Below the pieces are notes generated by a model. That model searched no databases. It was not told where the DNA came from and saw nothing but the letters and a program-made list of their open reading frames with translations. Shown piece by piece: positions 58,501 through 64,000 of a DNA stretch of 64,000 nt. The stretch is from Eledone cirrhosa (lineage: Eukaryota), in NCBI GenBank assembly GCA_964016885.1, contig OZ024740.1, forward strand, positions 33,728,001 to 33,792,000, read 5' to 3'. A program made the position numbers and the translations under genes. Each line of letters opens with the position of its first letter. Position 1 is the first letter of the stretch.

Positions 58501-61500
58501 AACTCTCTCTTACCATCAACCATCTTTACTGCTACCTTCCAACTCTCTCTTACCATCAACCATCTTTAATGCTATCTTCTAACTCTCTCTTACCATCAAC
58601 CATCTTTACTGCTATCTTCCAACTCTCTCTTACCAATAACCATCTTTACTGCTATCTTCCAACTGTCTCTTACCATCAACCATCTTTACTGCTATCTTCT
58701 AACTCTCTCTTACCAATAACCATCTTTACTGCTATCTTCCAACTCTCTCTTACCATCAACCATCTTTACTGCTATCTTCCAACTCTCTCTTACCAATAAC
58801 CATCTTTACTGCTATCTTCCAACTCTCTCTTACCATCAACCATCTTAACTGCTATCTTCCAACTCTCTCTTACCATCAACCATCTTTACTGCTATCTTCC
58901 AACTCTCTCTTACCATCAACCATCTTTACTGCTACCTTCCAACTCTCTCTTACCATCAACCATCTTTACTGCTATCTTCCAACTCTCTCTTACCATCAAC
59001 CATCTTTACTGCTATCTTCCAACTCTCTCTTACCATCAACCATCTTTACTGCTAACTTCCAACTCTCTCTTACCATCAACCATCTTTACTGCTAACTTCC
59101 AACTCTCTCTTACCAATAACCATCTTTACTGCTATCTTCTAACTCTCTCTTACCATCAACCATCTTTACTGCTATCTTCCAACTCTCTCTTACCATCAAC
59201 CATCTTTACTGCTATCTTCTAACTCTCTCTTACCATCAACCATCTTTACTGCTACCTTCCAACTCTCTCTTACCATCAACCATCTTTACTGCTATCTTCC
59301 AACTCTCTCTTACCATCAACCATCTTTACTGCTATCTTCCAACTCTCTCTTACCATCAACCATCTTTACTGCTATCTTCCGACTCTCTCTTACCATCAAC
59401 CATCTTTACTGCTATCTTCCAACTCTCTCTTACCATCAACCATCTTTACTGCTATCTCCCAACTCTCTCTTACCATCAACCATCTTTACTGCTATCTTCC
59501 AACTCTCTCTTACCATCAACCATCTTTACTGTTATCTTCTAACTCTCTCTTACCATCAACCATCTTTACTGCTATCTTCTAACTCTCTCTTATCCTTCAA
59601 ACATCTTTACTGCTATCTTCCAACTCTCTCTTACCAATAACCGTCTTTACTGCTATCTTCTAACTCTCCCTTACCATCAACCATCTTTACTGCTATCTTC
59701 CAACTCTCTCTTACCAATAACCATCTTTACTGCCATCTTCCAACTCTCTCTTACCATCAACCATCTTTACTGCTATCTTCCAACTCTCTCTTACCATCAA
59801 CTATCTTTACTGCTATCTTCCAACTCTCTCTTACCATCAACCATCTTTACTGCTAACTTCCAACTCTCTCTTACCAATAACCATCTTTACTGCTATCTTC
59901 TAACTCTCTCTTACCATCAACCATCTTTACTGCTATCTTCCAACTCTCTCTTACCATCAACCATCTTTACTGTTATCTTCTAACTCTCTCTTACCATCAA
60001 CCATCTTTACTGCTATCTTCCAACTCTCTCTTACCATCAACCATCTTTACTGCTATCTTCCAACTCTCTCTTACCGTCAACCATCTTTACTGCTATCTTC
60101 CAACTCTCTCTTACCAATAACCATCTTTACTGCTATCTTCTAACTCTCTCTTACCATCAACCATCTTTACTGCTATCTTCCAACTCTCTCTTACCAATAA
60201 CCATCTTTACTGCCATCTTCCAACTCTCTCTTACCATCAACCATCTTTTCTGCTATCTTCCAACTCTCTCTCTTACCATCAACCCTCTTTACTGCTATCT
60301 TCCAACTCTCTCTTACCATCAACCATCTTTACTGCTATCTTCTAACTCTCTCTTACCATCAACCATCTTTACTGCTATCTTCCAACTCTCTCTCTTACCA
60401 TCAACCATCTTTACTGCTATCTTCCAACTCTCTCTTACCATCAACCATCTTTACTGCTACCTTCCAACTCTCTCTTACCATCAACCATCTTTACTGCTAC
60501 CTTCCAACTCTCTCTTACCATCAACCATCTTTAATGCTATCTTCTAACTCTCTCTTACCATCAACCATCTTTACTGCTATCTTCCAACTCTCTCTTACCA
60601 ATAACCATCTTTACTGCTATCTTCCAACTGTCTCTTACCATCAACCATCTTTACTGCTATCTTCTAACTCTCTCTTACCAATAACCATCTTTACTGCTAT
60701 CTTCCAACTCTCTCTTACCATCAACCATCTTTACTGCTATCTTCCAACTCTCTCTTACCAATAACCATCTTTACTGCTATCTTCCAACTCTCTCTTACCA
60801 TCAACCATCTTAACTGCTATCTTCCAACTCTCTCTTACCATCAACCATCTTTACTGCTATCTTCCAACTCTCTCTTACCATCAACTATCTTTACTGCTAT
60901 CTTCCAACTCTCTCTTACCATCAACCATCTTTACTGCTACCTTCCAACTCTCTCTTACCATCAACCATCTTTACTGCTATCTTCCAACTCTCTCTTACCA
61001 TCAACCATCTTTACTGCTATCTTCCAACTCTCTCTTACCATCAACCATCTTTACTGCTAACTTCCAACTCTCTCTTACCATCAACCATCTTTACTGCTAA
61101 CTTCCAACTCTCTCTTACCAATAACCATCTTTACTGCTATCTTCTAACTCTCTCTTACCATCAACCATCTTTACTGCTATCTTCCAACTCTCTCTTACCA
61201 TCAACCATCTTTACTGCTATCTTCTAACTCTCTCTTACCATCAACCATCTTTACTGCTACCTTCCAACTCTCTCTTACCATCAACCATCTTTACTGCTAT
61301 CTTCCAACTCTCTCTTACCATCAACCATCTTTACTGCTATCTTCCAACTCTCTCTTACCATCAACCATCTTTACTGCTATCTTCCGACTCTCTCTTACCA
61401 TCAACCATCTTTACTGCTATCTTCCAACTCTCTCTTACCATCAACCATCTTTACTGCTATCTCCCAACTCTCTCTTACCATCAACCATCTTTACTGCTAT

Positions 61501-64000
61501 CTTCCAACTCTCTCTTACCATCAACCATCTTTACTGTTATCTTCTAACTCTCTCTTACCATCAACCATCTTTACTGCTATCTTCTAACTCTCTCTTATCC
61601 TTCAAACATCTTTACTGCTATCTTCCAACTCTCTCTTACCAATAACCGTCTTTACTGCTATCTTCTAACTCTCCCTTACCATCAACCATCTTTACTGCTA
61701 TCTTCCAACTCTCTCTTACCAATAACCATCTTTACTGCCATCTTCCAACTCTCTCTTACCATCAACCATCTTTACTGCTATCTTCCAACTCTCTCTTACC
61801 ATCAACTATCTTTACTGCTATCTTCCAACTCTCTCTTACCATCAACCATCTTTACTGCTAACTTCCAACTCTCTCTTACCAATAACCATCTTTACTGCTA
61901 TCTTCTAACTCTCTCTTACCATCAACCATCTTTACTGCTATCTTCCAACTCTCTCTTACCATCAACCATCTTTACTGTTATCTTCTAACTCTCTCTTACC
62001 ATCAACCATCTTTACTGCTATCTTCCAACTCTCTCTTACCATCAACCATCTTTACTGCTATCTTCTAACTCTCTCTTACCATCAGCCATCTTTACTGCTA
62101 TCTTCCAACTCTCTCTCTTACCATCAACCATCTTTACTGCTATCTTCTAACTCTCTCTTACCATCAACCATCTTTACTGCTACCTTCCAACTCTCTCTTA
62201 CCATCAACCATCTTTACTGCTATCTTCCAACTCTCTCTTACCAATAACCATCTTTACTGCTATCTTCTAACTCTCTCTTACCATCAACCATCTTTACTGC
62301 TATCTTCCAACTCTCTCTTACCATCAACCATCTTTACTGTTATCTTCTAACTCTCTCTTACCATCAACCATCTTTACTGCTATCTTCTAACTCTCTCTTA
62401 CCATCAACCATCTTTACTGCTATCTTCCAACTCTCTCTTACCATCAACCATCTTTACTGCTATCTTCCAACTGTCTCTTACCATCAACCATCTTTACTGC
62501 TATCTTCCAACTGTCTCTTACCATCAACCATCTTTACTGCTACCTTCCAACTCTCTCTTACCATCAACCATCTTTACTGCTATCTTCCAACTGTCTCTAA
62601 CCATCAACCATCTTTACTGCTATCTTCCAACTTTCTCTTACCATCAACCATCTTTACTGCTATCTTCCAACGCTCTCTTACCATCAACCATCTTTACTGC
62701 TATCTTCCAACTCTCTCTTACCAATAACCATCTTTACTGCTATCCTCTAACTCTCTCTTACCATCAACCATCTTTACTGCTATCTTCCAACTCTCTCTTA
62801 CCGTCAACCATCTTTACTGCTATCTTCCAACTCTCTCTTACCAATAACCATCTTTACTGCTATCTTCTAACTCTCTCTTACCATCAACCATCTTTACTGC
62901 TATCTTCCAACTCTCTCTTACCAATAACCATCTTTACTGCCATCTTCCAACTCTCTCTTACCATCAACCATCTTTTCTGCTATCTTCCAACTCTCTCTCT
63001 TACCATCAACCCTCTTTACTGCTATCTTCCAACTCTCTCTTACCATCAACCATCTTTACTGCTATCTTCTAACTCTCTCTTACCATCAACCATCTTTACT
63101 GCTACCTTCCAACTCTCTCTTACCATCAACCATCTTTACTGCTATCTTCCAACTCTCTCTTACCAATAACCATCTTTACTGCTATCTTCCAACTCTCTCT
63201 TACCATCAACCATCTTTACTGCTATTTTCCAACTCTCTCTTACCATCAACCATCTTTACTGCTATCTTCCAACTCTCTCTTACCATCAACTATCTTTACT
63301 GCTATCTTCCAACTCTCTCTTACCATCAACCATCTTTACTGCTACCTTCCAAGTCTCTCTTACCATCAACCATCTTTACTGCTATCTTCCAACTCTCTCT
63401 TACCATCAACCATCTTTACTGCTATCTTCCAACTCTCTCTTACCATCAACTATCTTTACTGCTATCTTCCAACTCTCTCTTACCATCAACCATCTTTACT
63501 GCTAACTTCCAACTCTCTTTTACCAATAACCATCTTTACTGCTATCTTCCAACTCTCTCTTACCATCAACCATCTTTACTGCTATCTTCCAACTCTCTCT
63601 TACCATCAACCATCTTTACTGCTATCTTCCGACTCTCTCTTACCATCAACCATCTTTACTGCTATCTTCCAACTCTCTCTTACCATCAACCATCTTTACT
63701 GCTATCTTCCAACTCTCTCTTACCATCAACCATCTTTACTGCTATCTTCCAACTCTCTCTTACCATCAATCATCTTTACTGCTATCTTCCAACTCTCTCT
63801 TACCGTCAACCATCTTTACTGCTACCTTCCAACTCTCACTTACCATCAACCATCTTTACTGCTATCTTCCAACTCTCTCTTACCATCAACCATCTTTACT
63901 GCTATCTTCCAACTCTCTCTTACCATCAACCATCTTTACTGCTATCTTCCAACTCTCTCTTACCATCAACCATCTTTACTGCTATCTTCCAACTCTCTCT
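55560..64000 (+). repeat. Right HOR domain: direct copy of about 31.1-37.5 kb, with an internal tandem duplication of about 2.0 kb
   Basis: TTCAAACT at 32676/57217 and TTTAATGC at 34028/58569 (offset 24541), with a third copy at 60534. 41-bp variant at 35089/59590/61595. CTTTCTC at 36207/62633. Confidence 0.9.

Larger units (their letters stand above)
1..64000 (+). repeat. 40-bp satellite tandem array, about 1,600 head-to-tail monomers, consensus ACCATCAACCATCTTTACTGCTATCTTCCAACTCTCTCTT; extends beyond both window edges
   Basis: Seen directly: the same 40-mer recurs in every line. Most monomers are consensus or differ at 1-4 positions. Length variants of 42, 41, 36 and 33 bp occur. There is no non-repeat sequence and no orientation switch. 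Confidence 0.99.

Noticed and set aside
34028-60764. Three identical 76-aa ORFs
   Set aside because: The ATG arises from one C>A variant (TTTAATGC) copied by segmental duplication. They are useful as markers, not genes.
1-64000. CRISPR array or other repeat-spacer system
   Set aside because: The monomers are directly adjacent with no unique spacers, leader, palindromic repeat or cas genes.
1-64000. Telomerase-synthesised telomeric tract, suggested by the C-rich/G-rich strand asymmetry
   Set aside because: The 40-bp unit is longer than the telomerase repeats I know and has no GGG runs. Variants are inherited in kb-scale blocks, which indicates recombinational amplification. A recombination-maintained terminal or subtelomeric satellite cannot be excluded without the chromosomal position.
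1-64000. G-quadruplex, i-motif, H-DNA or hairpin structures
   Set aside because: The consensus has only CC/GG doublets, the pure pyrimidine tract is only about 9-11 nt, and with one G per monomer there is little self-complementarity.

Overview
The whole 64-kb window is one uninterrupted, single-orientation tandem array of a 40-bp monomer, about 1,600 copies. The consensus is ACCATCAACCATCTTTACTGCTATCTTCCAACTCTCTCTT (9 A, 15 C, 1 G, 15 T; 40% GC, 75% pyrimidine on the + strand). The array runs off both ends. I see no unique sequence, credible gene, RNA gene, transposon insertion, inversion or CRISPR spacer, and all listed ORFs are translations of the repeat. An array of this size and type is typical of eukaryotic satellite or large minisatellite DNA; I cannot name the family or the organism. 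The informative structure is the ordered pattern of monomer variants. It shows nested higher-order repeats (321 bp, about 1.56 kb, 2.0 kb, 2.44 kb, 3.5-3.9 kb, 8.0 kb and 8.98 kb) and a long-range direct duplication (offsets of about 24.5 and 26.5 kb). That duplication brackets a distinct, indel-free central domain of about 12 kb with its own variant spectrum. The sequence does not support a new gene-based biological system; the findings concern array architecture and evolution. Marker positions were read by eye and block boundaries are approximate.
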